This document shows positions 11,507 to 24,867 of a stretch of 64,000 nucleotides of DNA, in pieces (position 1 is the stretch's first letter; each line of letters begins with the position of its first letter). The DNA lies in assembly GCA_951406725.2 (NCBI GenBank), contig OX597832.1, positions 44,454,001 through 44,518,000 on the forward strand. Direction: 5' to 3'. Origin of the DNA: Octopus vulgaris (lineage: Eukaryota). The translations under genes and the position numbers were made by a program. The notes under the pieces are model-generated. The model had not been told where the DNA came from. It searched no databases and saw nothing but the letters and a program-made list of their open reading frames with translations.

Positions 11507-11732
11507 GGCGAGCTGGCAGAAACATTAGCACACCGGGCGAAATGCGTAGCCGTATTTCGTCTGTCATTACGTTCCGAGTTCAAATTCCGCCAAGGTCGAC
11601 TTTGCCTTTCATCCTTTCGGGGTCGATAAATTAAATACCAGTTACGCACTGGGGTCGACGTAATCGACTTAATCCCTTTGTCTGTCCTTGTTTGTCCATT
11701 CTGTGTTTAGCGCCTTGTGGGTAGTAAAGAAA
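11507..11732 (+). mobile_element. tRNA-derived SINE family A (also ~5512-5735, 18838-19430 x3, 22470-22680, 36875-37097, 63575-63745 on minus)
   Basis: TGGCAGAAAC...GAGTTCAAATTCC box B, followed by GCCTTTCATCCTTTCGGGGTCGATAAATTAAGTACCAG. Confidence 0.85.
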
Positions 11733-12325
11733 TATATATATTTAAGTATGCTGTGCATGAGAAGACCTGGCAGGACAAGTGGGACCATAAGCCATGACCT
11801 CAACATGGGATGTAGGCAATCCACATATGCATACCTTTCCTTCTAGGGACACAAAACTCTGCTTGCGAAGACTTGTTGAGGCAAGTGAAAATCAAAATCG
11901 AAATCGATCAACATCAATGGAAATTGCAGCTGTGATACCAGTGCCGGTGGTATGTAAGAGAACCATCCGAACATGGCCATTGCCAGCGCCGCCCTGACTG
12001 GCCTCATAAAAAGCGCCCACTACACTCACGGTGTGGTTGGCGTCAGGAAGGGCTTCTTAACCATACAGCAACACCTGTACCCTAGAAAATTTGACTGCTC
12101 CTGGTTGGGCTTGTACCATTTATTTTTTAGTCTGTTGCCAGCCCCGTCTGACACCTGTGCCGGTGGCACGTAAAAAGTACCCACTACACTCACGGAGTGG
12201 TTGGCGTTAAGAAGGGCATCCAGCCGTAGAAATACTGCCAGATCAGACTGGGCCTGGTGCAGCCTTCTGGCTTCCCAGACCCCAGTTTGAACCGTCCAAC
12301 CCATGCTAGCACGGAAAGCGGACGC

Positions 12326-12356
<31 letters not shown>

Positions 12357-13135
12357 GTTTGCATCTTGCTTAATATTTTCAAATATTTTTTAAAAATGGA
12401 AATGTTGGTTTGTAAATATTAAATGAAGCCCCATCACTGGAATTTCAGTAACAGCAACAAAAATAGAAAAGTATATGGGAATTTCTTCACTGATTCTTGT
12501 TCTACTTACAGATAGAACATTCTAGAATAGACGGTATATATTCTCTTTGCTACCTTGAGAATATATATGTATATGGTACATTGGCTGTTAACTTTCCAAA
12601 AGTTTTGTAATGCCGCAATTATTGAAACAATGTAATTAGTTTATCAAGATCCAAGACATAATTACGAAGGGTGAACACGGGCGCTCAAAAATTTCGAATG
12701 TCTAAATTTAAAACAAAGAATATAAAAGCCAGATGCAATCAACACATACATAATAATGGAATATTTACTGAGATACTTTATTAACATGAAACATACAAAT
12801 ATTGATTTCACTTTATTCAACGAGAAAATAACGTTTACAGGCAACAGTAGATATATTGTTAAAATAGTAAACTTGCAAAGAAAGGATACTTTAAAAAGTG
12901 TCAAATTTTTCTGTCAATGTATAGCATATACAAATTCATAATATTGATTTGGATTAATGTGGTATTATAATATATCATTGAATAGATATGACCTTGGTTC
13001 TACACGATTACAATTATAATGTCCTAAGTCATTTTACTAAAAAAACGATTCTAAATAAATTTGTTCAGTTACATTCTCCACATAATACAATGTAGTATTC
13101 CATAAGAGGGAAATCTTTGACAGGGCAATATCATC

Positions 13136-14297
13136 TTATGTTGAAGGATTTGTTACTTTACCAATGAAATGGATCATTTTAGTTCGGTTGTCAACAATTA
13201 AAAATGTGAATGGGTGATTGACATCAAAATCCATACGATTTAGAAAAAAATTATTACACAACAAGCACCCAAAATCAGTTGCAGCTGCAGCTTCCGTCCC
13301 TTCTTCATTAACATCAACAAATGCTTTATGAAACATTTCACTGGCATAAATATTCTTCTCACCACCAGTCATTCCAGATAAATCAGCTTTTAGAGGATCA
13401 AAAATATCAGAGAGTCCAAGCTTTTTCAAAACTTCACCCAACTTAAAACTACGCTCTAAACGAAATTTTGGCATATGTAAATCTAGACCCATCATTTGAA
13501 ATCCTTTTCTGTCAACAATGTCTTTGAGAAATTGAGCATTAATCTCCTTCTCTAAAGCAGCAAGACCATTGATTTCATTGGGAAGAATTACAAACATACT
13601 AAATGCTTCTCCTATATAAGGGTAACTCAACCACTTTATAGTTGTCGCTTATTTTTGTATTAAATCCTTCAGATATATACATAAAATCATGAGATACAGT
13701 CTTGTCAGAGCTTAAATAAAACTTTCTAGATGATGTTGCTTCTTCTGAGAATATTTCAGCCCACGTTCCTTTAAAGTACACAGCATTAATAAGAACTAGA
13801 ACCGATTGAGGTGTCAAACTTCCACTTGGTAACAGATCAGTAATTTTGTTATTTGTGTTATTCTTAACCCAATCATTAATAGTAATTCTTGTCTTCTCAG
13901 CATTTGTTATGAAGTCTACATTTTCAATATCTGAAAAGAAATATTTTACCATGTTGTTCTTGTAGTCTTCAGAAATAGGGAATTTTTCATTGGCGCACAA
14001 ACGATTCACTGAATTGGATGTGACGAGTTTATCTGAGTTTTTCAAAAGTGAAAAATATTCTTTAAAAGCTAAAGCTACAGAATCTGGATTTGATGTTATC
14101 TTCAAAATATTTTCAAACTGTTTGGCAGAGTTTTGTCTTGCTCCCAAATAAACCATTGATAAAACAGTAGCAACACTGAATGGTGACATGAAGACATTTT
14201 CATTGGTTCCTGTAGCCACAGCTTGGTAAAGACTGTTTGTAAAATAATCAATTGAAGCAGCAAGGTTACCGATGTCTTGTTTCTCTGCTGAGTCCAT
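13136..14297 (-). pseudogene. Serpin copy 2 with +1 frameshift near 13620 (possibly an assembly error); RCL AT-DFGCLLC|NNFFLNR
   Basis: ORFs 13599..14297 and 13136..13630 together give a full serpin; it reads TATAAGGGTAAC where paralogs read TATAGGGTAAC or TATAAGGTAAC. Confidence 0.85.
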
Positions 14298-14888
14298 ATT
14301 GTATACGATAGTGTCTGGAGAATATAGAATATGAAGAGAAAATATACGAAATAAATTCTTGCAAACATTTCAAAATATTTTATTAGACATTACTGTAATT
14401 AAAGACATCTATAAAAGCAAAGTCTGAAATCTCTTCTGATCAAACTCTAATATTAACTTTTACATGAATATATTTCTTAACATAACACAGAGTTAATGTG
14501 TTTTAAACAGTTTTTAAAATAATTAAAAATTTATATGATTAATTAATATAACCATTTTTTCTCCAATATTTATCTGATATTTGGCACATATCTTAAAAGT
14601 TTCATTTATAAGATGATGTTGGAACTTGTCCATGTTAGCATTTCAGAGACAAATTTGAATGGAGCAGGTTTAGTTTTCATTTTTTGCATATATGGTAAGA
14701 TAAGGTATCAATTACAACGATATATTCCACCTGCTGAGAGCCTGGTCAAATACTTGCAACAAAATGACATCCTCAAAAAAGGCCTTAATGTGCCTGGAGG
14801 TGATGTTGAACTAATTAGTGTAATACCAAGCTAGACCGGATCCTGTAAACCTAGACTCAATGGTTAATATTTAGTTTGTAGAATGACC

Positions 14889-15167
14889 TGTGGGATGACG
14901 TCAGCAGCTGGGTGCGTTGACCGGAAGCTGGGGCAACCGGAAGGGGCTGCTGTCAGGCGTGTGCAGGCAGCGGTCAATTGGGCCTTTCCAACGTGGGTCG
15001 TCCAAATGACAAGACGTGTGAGGACGGTCGCGAAGGGTCTGGGTGAGCAGCTGCTATCTTTAGTGTTCGGGTTGGAGCTGTGTCGAAGGATTAGCTACCA
15101 CAGAAGGGTCTCCATCACGAGGAAGAGAAGGTAGGTGCCTTTATATTCAAATCGTGCACACACCACA
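14889..15167. mobile_element. Solo LTR, duplicate of 2551-2829
   Basis: Same termini and TGACC TSD. Confidence 0.85.
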
Positions 15168-15927
15168 TGACCGTGTGAAGGAGAGGTGACGAGAATGGCT
15201 CCTTTAGTACGCCGCACGGTCGATTACAATAAATAGGAAAAAGGATGAATGAGTATGAATGCCAGCAGGAAAAGAGAGACACAACCAGTCGAATGTTGAA
15301 GAGAAAGATTTTATTGATAGGTTAACATGTGTGTCTGTGTGTGTGTCGTGTATATATAATAATAGACAGGCCGTCATGTATACATAATGTGTGTGCAGAA
15401 ACGTGGATGTATGCGTGTGCGATGAGTACAGAGCATTGAAAGAGTCTATAATAGGACGTTAGAAGAATGCAATGCAGAGCCAGTTGAGGCACGTGTCATG
15501 CGTGAAGCTGTGGCTACTATGCAGAGCCGGTTACTTGGTACAGAAGGTTCTCGTAGGTTGTATCTGCTGTTAACCATGGTGAAATAATTCATGAACAGTG
15601 TTGAGTAGAGGCCATTGATTGGTTAAAATCTGAAAAATTAAACTACGTTAAACTTACAAATTACAATTTTCTCAAGAGAGCCAAGAGAACAAATGTTTCA
15701 TTTTGACACATTCTACCAGTATACGAAGTTTAAAAGTGTTTAGTTAACTAGAAATTGTGTTGAAAACTGCCGTTCAAAAGGAAAAGATCCTCCTTTTCTA
15801 ATTGAAACAATTTTTCTGCAAGGCCTTCCACATGACCATATCACACCATCCGACAAACTTTTTTTGGCTACATCCTTCAAGGAACATTTCTAGAGAATAG
15901 TAAGTTGAAGTGCGAGCAGATTATTGA

Positions 15928-16772
15928 TATTTTATAGTATTGGGCAAAAGAAGATTTAGCAAAGGGAATAGCCCAGGAATGCTGTATAGATTGGAGAGAT
16001 TTTTGCTGTGATATATGTGCAGAATATTATGTTGCACAAAACATTAAGCTCGGAGGGCCAAACTGAATTGTAGAGATAGATGAAAGCGCGTTTGTTAGAA
16101 GAAAATATATTGTTGGCCATCAGATTAAAACGCAGTGGGTTTTTGGTGCTTTGGAAAGGGATACTAGAAGATGGTATTTGGTGGCAGTGGAAGATCGGAC
16201 TGCAGACACTCTTTTAGAAATTATACAAGAGAGTATATAGCCTGGTACAACTGTAATTTCTGACCTCTGGCGTTCGTATAATACGCTCAATCAGCTAGGA
16301 TATAGGCATTTGACTGTGAATCATCATCATCATCATCATCATCGTTTAACGTCCGTTCTCCATGCTAGCATGGGTTGGACGGTTCGACCGGGGTTCTGGG
16401 AAGCCAGAAGGCTGCACCAGGCTCCAGTCTAATCTGGCAATGTTTCTACAGCTGGATGCCCTTCCTAACGCCAACCACTCCGTGAGTGTAGTGGGTGCTT
16501 TTTACGTGCCACCTGCACAGGTGCCAGGCGAGGCTGGCAACGGCCACGGTCAGATTGGTGTATTTTATGTGCCACCGGCAATAAATTTTGTTGATCCGGT
16601 AACATTTGCCACAACCAACCACATAGAATGTTTATGGAAGCATGTAAAGAATCGAACAGCCCGAAATTTACTTCAATCCCATCTCATTGAATTCATGTGG
16701 CATTATGAATTTAAGGACGAAATCTTTGGAAAGTTATTGGAACAAATTCAACATCTATACCCATGCATTTGA
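15928..16772 (+). mobile_element. Merlin transposase relic (duplicate, same SINE insertion)
   Basis: Near-identical to 3590-4452 with an 18-bp deletion. Confidence 0.85.
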
Positions 16773-17417
16773 AACCTTACAGAATAGAAGTATCTACAAA
16801 GCATTTGTTTTATATTTCGTTAAATTCTCTCAGTTGAAAATTATATTCTTATATTCTAAATAATTTGCAATTTCAGAAAATATATTAACTTTGCGTTTTT
16901 TAATTTGATAAATTCTACGGAAACAAACAAGTGACGTCAGATTGAAGTCACACTTTCTTTTTCTTTCCTCCTGATAGCTAATTCCGTAGTGGTGCCTGTA
17001 ACAGGATGTAGCGCAACTACGTGCTCTTTTGTTTTCTTACACACACGCCGCCTCAATTAAGGTCGGGTAAACATTTAAAATAACATTTTTTTGTTGATGC
17101 TCGTATCCCACCAATGGAGCACACATGTGGCCCATTGGTATCATCATTAAAGGGGATGAGGAGTAAAAAAAAAAATCATAAGTTTTCCAAACCATTTTTT
17201 CATAACAAGATGTTTCCCATCATTTCGAAGGTTGCGGTGAAAAACAATCGGGAAAACCCAGTCAAAAGGGAGAAATTCCAACTTATGTGGTCTTCTTGAT
17301 CGGAAACTCCTCTCCCTGCTCCCTAAAAAATTTTTCCACCACAAATTTCTTTATAATCTTAATCTATGCTGTTTGAAAGGTATTTATATAAAATTTGATT
17401 AAAAGATATCCCTTTTC

Positions 17418-18415
17418 GGCAATGTTTCGTTTGTAGTAGCACGCTTGTAGCACGTTTCCGTCGATTTCCGTAAAAAACTTTTATTTTTTTACATATGGCT
17501 TTGCGGGAACATTTGAAGTAATGAGAGCGAAAGAGACTAAGAGGAAGCGATTTTATGACGAGGAAATTTCTTTTGAAGCTATGAAAGCATTGATGTACAT
17601 GTGTGTGTGTGTTTGATGGGGTGTGGGAGACAGACAGTATGTTGTGTAAGTGAAGTGCTTCTGTTAGTGTGTGTGAAGAGACAGAGAGAGTAATGTGTGA
17701 AAGAGAGAGATAACTGAAATTTTTTACTGGATTTATGGCTGCATGTATGTGTGTGTGTGTATGTATCTATGTATGTATGTGTGTATGTATGTGTGTGTGT
17801 ATGTATGTGCGCATGTATCTATGTATGTGTGTGTGTATGTATGGCCGATACAGTGTAATTTTTTACTCGGTGTATGTGTATATGTATGACTGAATGTATG
17901 TATGTATGTGTGTATGTATCTATGTATCTGTGTATGTGTATGTATGTATGTATGTATGGCCGATTCAGTCTAGGTATGTGTGTGTGTGTGTAAGTATGTG
18001 TAAAAAATTACACTGAATCGGCCATACATACATACATACATACTTACACATACACACATACATACATAGATACATACACACACACATACATATACACATA
18101 CATCGAGTAAAAAATTTCAGTTATCTCTCTCTTTCACACATTACTCTCTCTGTCTCTTCACACACACTAACAGAAGCACTTCACTTACACAACATACTGT
18201 GTCTCCCACACCCCATCAAACACACACACACCTGTACATCAATGCTTTCATAGCTTCAAAAGAAATTTCCTCGTCATAAAATCGCTTCCTCTTAGTCTCT
18301 TTCGCTCTCATTACTTCAAATGTTTTTTACGGAAATCGACGGAGGAAATCGACAATCGACGGAGGAAATCGACGGAAACGTGCTACAAGCGTGCTACTAC
18401 AAACGAAACATTGCC
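17418..18415. mobile_element. ~1-kb foldback/palindromic non-autonomous DNA transposon
   Basis: Termini GGCAATGTTTCGTTTGTAGTAGCACGCTTGTAGCACG and its reverse complement; arms complementary over hundreds of bp; absent at 5098 and ~36460. Confidence 0.85.
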
Positions 18416-20068
18416 CCATTGGCTCCTGAAAGTTATGAGGGAAAAAATAGGATTGTGTGAATTTTGCGAAAGTCCTCTCCTCCTCTCCGTTTCGTTTGCG
18501 CAAATTTTGTTTTCCAGATTCGTTAACTTTTTTCTTCTTGTTTTGGTGGCCGGGTATTAAACATGTAGTGTGATGGATGAAGAAGACAACAGAAAAAGAA
18601 GCAACGGGAGAAAGAAATACAAAAGGCCTTACCTCTTCGAAATCAGCGGTCTCTTTCACGAATTCGACACGTCTTAACGCTTTCCCGTCTATGTTGGAAC
18701 TGTCCTGCTTGACAAACTCCTGCTGCGCATGCATTCTGCAGTCTTCCGCCCACTTCATCTATCACCAGTGCACCACTTAGCTCATCACATCCTATAACAC
18801 CGACTGCCAACACCACAAAACTAGGTAGTAACCGATTCGCTGGCAGAAAAGTTAGCACGCCGGGCGAAATGCTTAGCGGTATTTCGTCTCCTACTACGTT
18901 CTGGGTTCAAATTCCGCCAAGGTCGAGTTTGCCATTCATCCTTTCGGGGTCGATAAATTAAGTACCAGTTACGCACTGGGGTCGATGTAATGGACTGAAT
19001 GCCTATGTCTGTCCTTGTTTGTCCCCTCTGTGTTTAGCCCCTTGTGGGTAATAAAGAAATAGGTATTTCGTCAGCGATACGTTGTGAGTTCAAATTCCGC
19101 CGAGGTCGACTTTGCCATTCATCCTTTCGGGGTCGATAAATTAAGTACCAGTTATGCACTGGGGTCGATGTAATGGACTGAATACCTATGTCTGTCCTTG
19201 TTTGTCCCCCCTGTGTTTAGCCCCTTGTGGGTAATAAAGAAATAGGTATTTCGTCAGCGATACGTTGTGAGTTCAAATTCGGCCGAGGTCGACTTTGCCT
19301 TTAATCCTTTCGGGGTCGATAAATTAAGTACCAGTTACGCACTGGGCTTGATGTAATGGACTGAATACCTATGTCTGTCCTTGTTTGTCCCCCCTGTGTT
19401 TAGCCCCTTGTGGGCAATAAAGAAATAGGTATCCCAGACACTCCTATTTGATTGATACAGAAATTTAACCGTTTTCTTATTTTTTAAGGTAGGATATGAT
19501 TTTAGGAAGATTTGGCTGGTCTATTGACCACGTAGGGGTTTTCTCTTTGACTCATATCTAGATTTTGATGTCAGCCAAGCTTTCTAAAGAATGAAAGTTT
19601 TCGAAAATGAACACGTTAATAATAAATAATTTCCATTATTTAATTCATACAAAAACATTCGGTTAATGTGAATAACTTGTCTTAATTTATCTAAAAAGAC
19701 GAAGTAAAAAAAAAAAATCTAATCTGCTACATGGTGAAGTTTTGCCGTGATTTGACTTTCAAATAATGCATGACAAAACTATGGAATGTCGTCGATAATG
19801 AAGAGACTTTGCGAGGAAAGTTCGACCGACTTGGCAATGAATGTGAAGTAATTAGTATGTCGAGTTAGGTTCCTTGCTGATAGAGAGTTAAAATGGGAGA
19901 AACTTTTTTGTTTTAAAATTTCTATAGCGCAAAATAGAAGTTAACTGCAGCATAAAGTAGAAAAGAAGTTCTGCCGACGACCACGTAGACTGCAGTTGAC
20001 TCCAGAAAGTGTACGGTAGACTAATTAACGATCTCGGCGTATAATGTGTGATGAACCAGAAATAATAA

Positions 20069-21795
20069 TCTCTCTCTATATAAAACTGAGAACGTGTGTC
20101 TGTTTGTGTTTCCCTAAAAGTTGAGAACTACATAACCAATTTCATTCAAATTTTACACATGCCTTAATCAGGGTCCATGTTTTTTTAATGGGCAAAAAAA
20201 ATGTTCAACTTCTTGCCTTGGGCGAGCCCATAGCAATATCATATCTTCTCCACTATGATTCCCTAAAACTTGAAAAGTACATAACCAATTTCATTCAAAT
20301 TATACACATGCCTTACTTAGGGTCCATGTAGTTTCATGGGCAAAAAAATGTTCAACTTCTTGCCTAGAGCGAGCCCATAGCAATATCATATCTTCTCCAC
20401 TATTTCAGTGTTACGTGTTAAAAGTGAAACAAAAACATTTCTCTATTTTATGTCAGATACTTTCACTTTAACAATAAAAGTTAGAGATAATAATAACAAT
20501 TGAATTATATGCAGTAAGTAATAATTACAATCAAACTAAAGTATAATATAATCGTAATATAACAAAAGTAAAAATAGCAGTTGGTATAAAACTGCATCAA
20601 TGACTTGAACTTGAATAAGTGATTTCACATGAATGGGAATAAATCAAAAATAAAATTAGTGTGCAGTATTGGAATAGCCCAGATGGAGCTGTGCACATAC
20701 CATTTACCACGGCTTTTACATTAGATTATTTGCTAATTAGCTAGCATTAAGTTTGGCTGCATGTAATGTCTGTTTTCTCGAACAGCCACTACTACTGAGT
20801 ACTGCTGTTGGTTTATTTTTTATACATAAAAGACCATAGCTTCAACTGCGTACTGCTTTTTGATTCACCGTAAGGATTGTTGTTATTATTATTATTATTG
20901 TTTATTGTTATCACGTTTGTTGGTTCCTAGTAAGGGAAACGTTGTTGTGTTACATTTGTTAAATAATTGTAAACTGTAACCCTCCTTCTTTGGGAAAAGG
21001 GGCTTTGGTTATTGTTTAAAAATTGAATTGTGTCCCTGTTTGGGGAAATTGACAATATTTTCACTGTTTATACGGAAGCATTTTTGTTAGAATGCCTTCG
21101 ATAGAAGAAAGTCCAAAAAATGAATTTCGCTGCAGCCGTCGGCGGGCGCGACCTCATTAAAATTAAAATGGAAGAAATACAAACCTATTTCGGATTGATC
21201 ACAGACAAAGATGGTGAATCTAGGATAACACCACCAAACGAAATAAAAAATTAAATTAAAGAAAAGACTATTGTCTATAAAGTATACAATGTAGAGAAAA
21301 AAAGATTTGAACACCTGGAGGAAAGCACCATCGTAAAGTGTCTTGGTGCGACTATGAAAGATATCTAACCAGAGGCAGTAAATTCACCACAATAGAAGCA
21401 AGGTTCGAGTCAACGGAGCGTGCAAGGGAGTACTTGACTCGAACCTTGCAAAGTGGAAATATTTTATTTTTACCTTTATATCTGGGACGTAGGACGTCCT
21501 GGATGAAAATTAAAAATGTCCCCCCAGAAGTAGAGGTAGGCTGGATTGTAGCCACACTTCTATACAAGAGGGAGGACAAGATACAATTGATCGAAATTGC
21601 AAGAGACAAGCCTACAATTCCAGTCTGTTATATATTTTGAATGTTGTTATCACTAGCGATATCAAGATATAACTTTGTATTTTGTATTTTATGTGTAGAT
21701 GTATATATATAGATGTACATGTAATATGTACACATATATACACATATATACATGCACTAGCACTATGACCCGGCAATAACGGGTCATAATGCTAG
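20069..21795 (+). mobile_element. Non-autonomous Helitron
   Basis: A|TCTCTCTCTATATAAAA 5' end; subterminal hairpin TATGACCCG-GCAATAA-CGGGTCATA and CTAG|T 3' end; no TSD. Confidence 0.8.
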
Positions 21796-22904
21796 TAATA
21801 AATAAAGATATTTTTTTCAACTAGCAAGGAAAATCATTAACTAATACTCGCCCGAACTTCTTTTTAAATATGGAGCAATATATGCATGAAATAAGTAAAT
21901 AATTAATGAACACATGTAAATAATTAATTAAGAAAATAATTAAGTAAATAATTAATGAACACAAGTGTGATCGTTGCCAGAGCAGCAAACTGCCTTCCGT
22001 TCCGGCGGCACGTAAAAAGCACCCTTTGAGTGTGATTGTTGCCAGCGTTGCCTTACTGGCACATGAAAAAACATTCAAGCAAGGTCGTTTCCAGTGCTGC
22101 TGGACTGGCACCTGTGCAGGTGGCACGTAAAAAACACTATTTGAGCATGGCCGTTGCCAGTACCACCTGACTGGCCCTAGTGCCAGTGGCATGTAAGAGT
22201 ACCCACTACACTCTCGGAGTGGTTGGCATTAGGAAGGGCATCCAGCTGTAGAAACTTTGGCAGATCAGATTGGAGCCTCGTGCAGCCATCTGGTTCACCA
22301 GACCTCAGTCAAATTGTCCAATCCATGCTAGCATGGAAAGTGGACGTTAAACGATGATGATGATGATTCTTGTTCCACTTATAGACAGAACACTCCAGAA
22401 TATATATTAATCATTCTCTCTGTTATTTTGAGAATGCCAACTTTGCTACATTACTAATTCGGCAATTAAGGCAGTGAGCTAGCAGAATCATTAACGTGCC
22501 AGGGGAAATGTTTGGTATTTCGCCTGTCACTACATTCTGAGTTCTAATTCCACCGAGGTCGACTTTGCATTTCATTCTGTTGGGGGTCAATAAAATAAAT
22601 ACCGGTGGTACACTGGGGTCAGTGTAATCGACTTGATACCGACTCCTCAAGCTGCACTTGTGGCAAAAATTTGAAATAATTATTAATTAGACAGTGCATT
22701 AATTAGACATATGCATGGTATTTATATGTATATAGTGTGTTGGCTGTTAACTTTTCAAAAGTTTTGTAACATCAAAATTACAGAATCAATGGAATTCTTC
22801 AATCAAGATCCAAGACTAAAATCCCTGAGGTTAATATGAGGGCTCAAGAATTTCAAATGTCTATATTTAAAAGAAAATAAAAGCCAGATGCAATTAACAC
22901 ATAC

Positions 22905-23310
22905 ATAGGCGCAGGAGTGGCTGTGTGGTAAGTAGCTTGCTAACCAGCCACATGGTTCTGGGTTCAGTCCCACTGCTGGCATCTTGGGCAAGTGTCTTCT
23001 GCTATAGCCCCGGGCCGACCAATACCTTGTGAGTGGATTTGGTAGATGGAAACTGAAAGAAGCCTGTCGTATATATGTATATATATGTATATATATGTAT
23101 GTGTGTGTGTGTGTGTTTGTGTGTCTGTGTGTTTGTCCCCCTAGCATGGTGTGTTTACGTCCCCGTCACTTAGCGGTCCGGCAAAAGAGACCGATAGAAT
23201 AAGTACTGGGCTTACAAAGAATAAGTCCTGGGGTCGATTTGCTCGACTAAAGGCGGTGCTCCAGCATAGCCGCAGTCAAATGACTGAAACAAGTAAAAGA
23301 GTAAAAGAGA
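22905..23310 (+). mobile_element. tRNA-derived SINE family B (also ~8150-8593 -, 9255-9424 -, 25490-25875 -, 26056-26296 +, 40544-40950 +, 63760-63930 -)
   Basis: GGAGTGGCTGTGTGGTAAG...GGTTCAGTCCC head, CTTGGGCAAGTGTCTTCT core, internal (TA)/(TG) microsatellite. Confidence 0.85.
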
Positions 23311-23531
23311 GAAAAAAGAGAATAATGATTAAATATTTACTGAGATGCTTTATTAATATAAACAGAAATAAAACTTACAAGCATTGATTTCACTTTATTC
23401 AATAAGTAAATAACGTTTACAGGCAACAATAAGTATATTGTTAAAATAATAAAAGATACGTTCAAGAGTGTAATATCTTTCCGTAAATGTACAACACATA
23501 CAAATTGATAATGTTGATTAAAATTAAAACT

Positions 23532-23862
23532 TATTTACGTTATTTACAATTGACAAGAATTTGTCCTCATCTTGTTTGTTGTTAACACATTTCAGCTGAT
23601 ATTCTATCTAGCATTCATCAGGTGTCTTGGGGAAATTTCGAAGCTGGGTTCTCATTCCTAAGGTATTTTTCGATGTTGCTGTTGTTGTTATCATCATCAT
23701 CATCATCATCATCATTATTCAGGCCACTGCCTGGAATTGAACGTGGGCATATGGCGTAGTCGTTAAGAGCACAGGCTACTAACTCCAAGATTCCGAGTTC
23801 GATTCCAGGCAGTGACCTAAATAATGATAATAATAATAGTAATAATAATAATAATAATAATC

Positions 23863-23910
<48 letters not shown>

Positions 23911-24455
23911 CAGTACCAGGCAGTGGCTCTCATGGCTTCTCATCTTAACTGATTGGAAGTGTTATCATGTACATTGTTTTGTCTTGGTATGAAAGATTGG
24001 CTTACAAAAATATTCTGCTCAATACCACAGATTTGCTTGTCAGTTGTTTGACCTCAACCAGTTGATCATGTCCCTTAGTGGCTGACGATATGTGCATCTC
24101 TGATTACGAGCAGAAGTAGTGGGGGAGCATCATAGCCATGTGTTGAGAGGGACTCTTCAGGGTTTGAATAATTCACCTCTGGAAACATGGGTGTTTCGTT
24201 CAACATCCTTAAACAACCCTTATTCAGGGACCTTTTGAGCTGGATGGGCTACTCGACCAGAAGAAAATTCTAAGTGGGCCCCACCTGCAAGGTCATGTGC
24301 TGTTGATCTTGATATGAGATCACCATGTCGCACACATATGGTTGTGATGCATGTGCCTAGTGTACCCTTATCAGACGGGTAGTCATGATGGGTATACTGG
24401 GCTTCGTATATTCTACACTAGTATCACTTTGATGGCATGCACTACTCTCTCACTC

Positions 24456-24508
<53 letters not shown>

Positions 24509-24684
24509 CAAAATCGCAAAATACCTTAGGAATGAGAGCCCAGGTTCGAAATTTCCCCAAGACACCTGATGAAGGCTGGAGGGTATATCAGCCGAATCAT
24601 TGTGTTAATAACAAACAAGATGAGGACAAATATCCATCAATTGTAAATAATGTATTTAATTCCTCATCTCTTAAATATAGAACT
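23532..24684 (+). mobile_element. Composite retroelement: inverted partial copy + tRNA-like head + (AAT)n with nested insert + hammerhead-bearing tail
   Basis: 11-bp TSD AAATTAAAACT (23521-23531, 24685-24695); inverted arms; tRNA-like A/B boxes at 23745-23817. Confidence 0.8.
24561..24606 (+). ncRNA. Degenerate hammerhead motif (GAAA core mutated to GAAT)
   Basis: GACAC-CTGATGA-AGGCTG-GAGGGTATAT-CAGCC-GAATC-ATT-GTGTT; inverted copies at 23584-23626 and 41220-41265. Confidence 0.55.
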
Positions 24685-24867
24685 AAATTAAAACTATTCT
24701 TATAATCTTTCATTGCATAGATATGTCCATGGTTCTGCACAATTACAACTATAATGGTTTAAGTCATTCTACTCAAAAATATTGTAAATGGATTTGCTGA
24801 GTTACGTTGTCTACATAATACAATCTAGTATCCCATAAGAGAAAAATCTTTGACAAGACAATATCAT

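Noticed and set aside
23745-23817. tRNA-like sequence (also ~41381-41453 and ~10673-10725)
   Set aside because: Acceptor stem does not pair and it is embedded in a TSD-flanked repeat, so it is a SINE head rather than a tRNA gene
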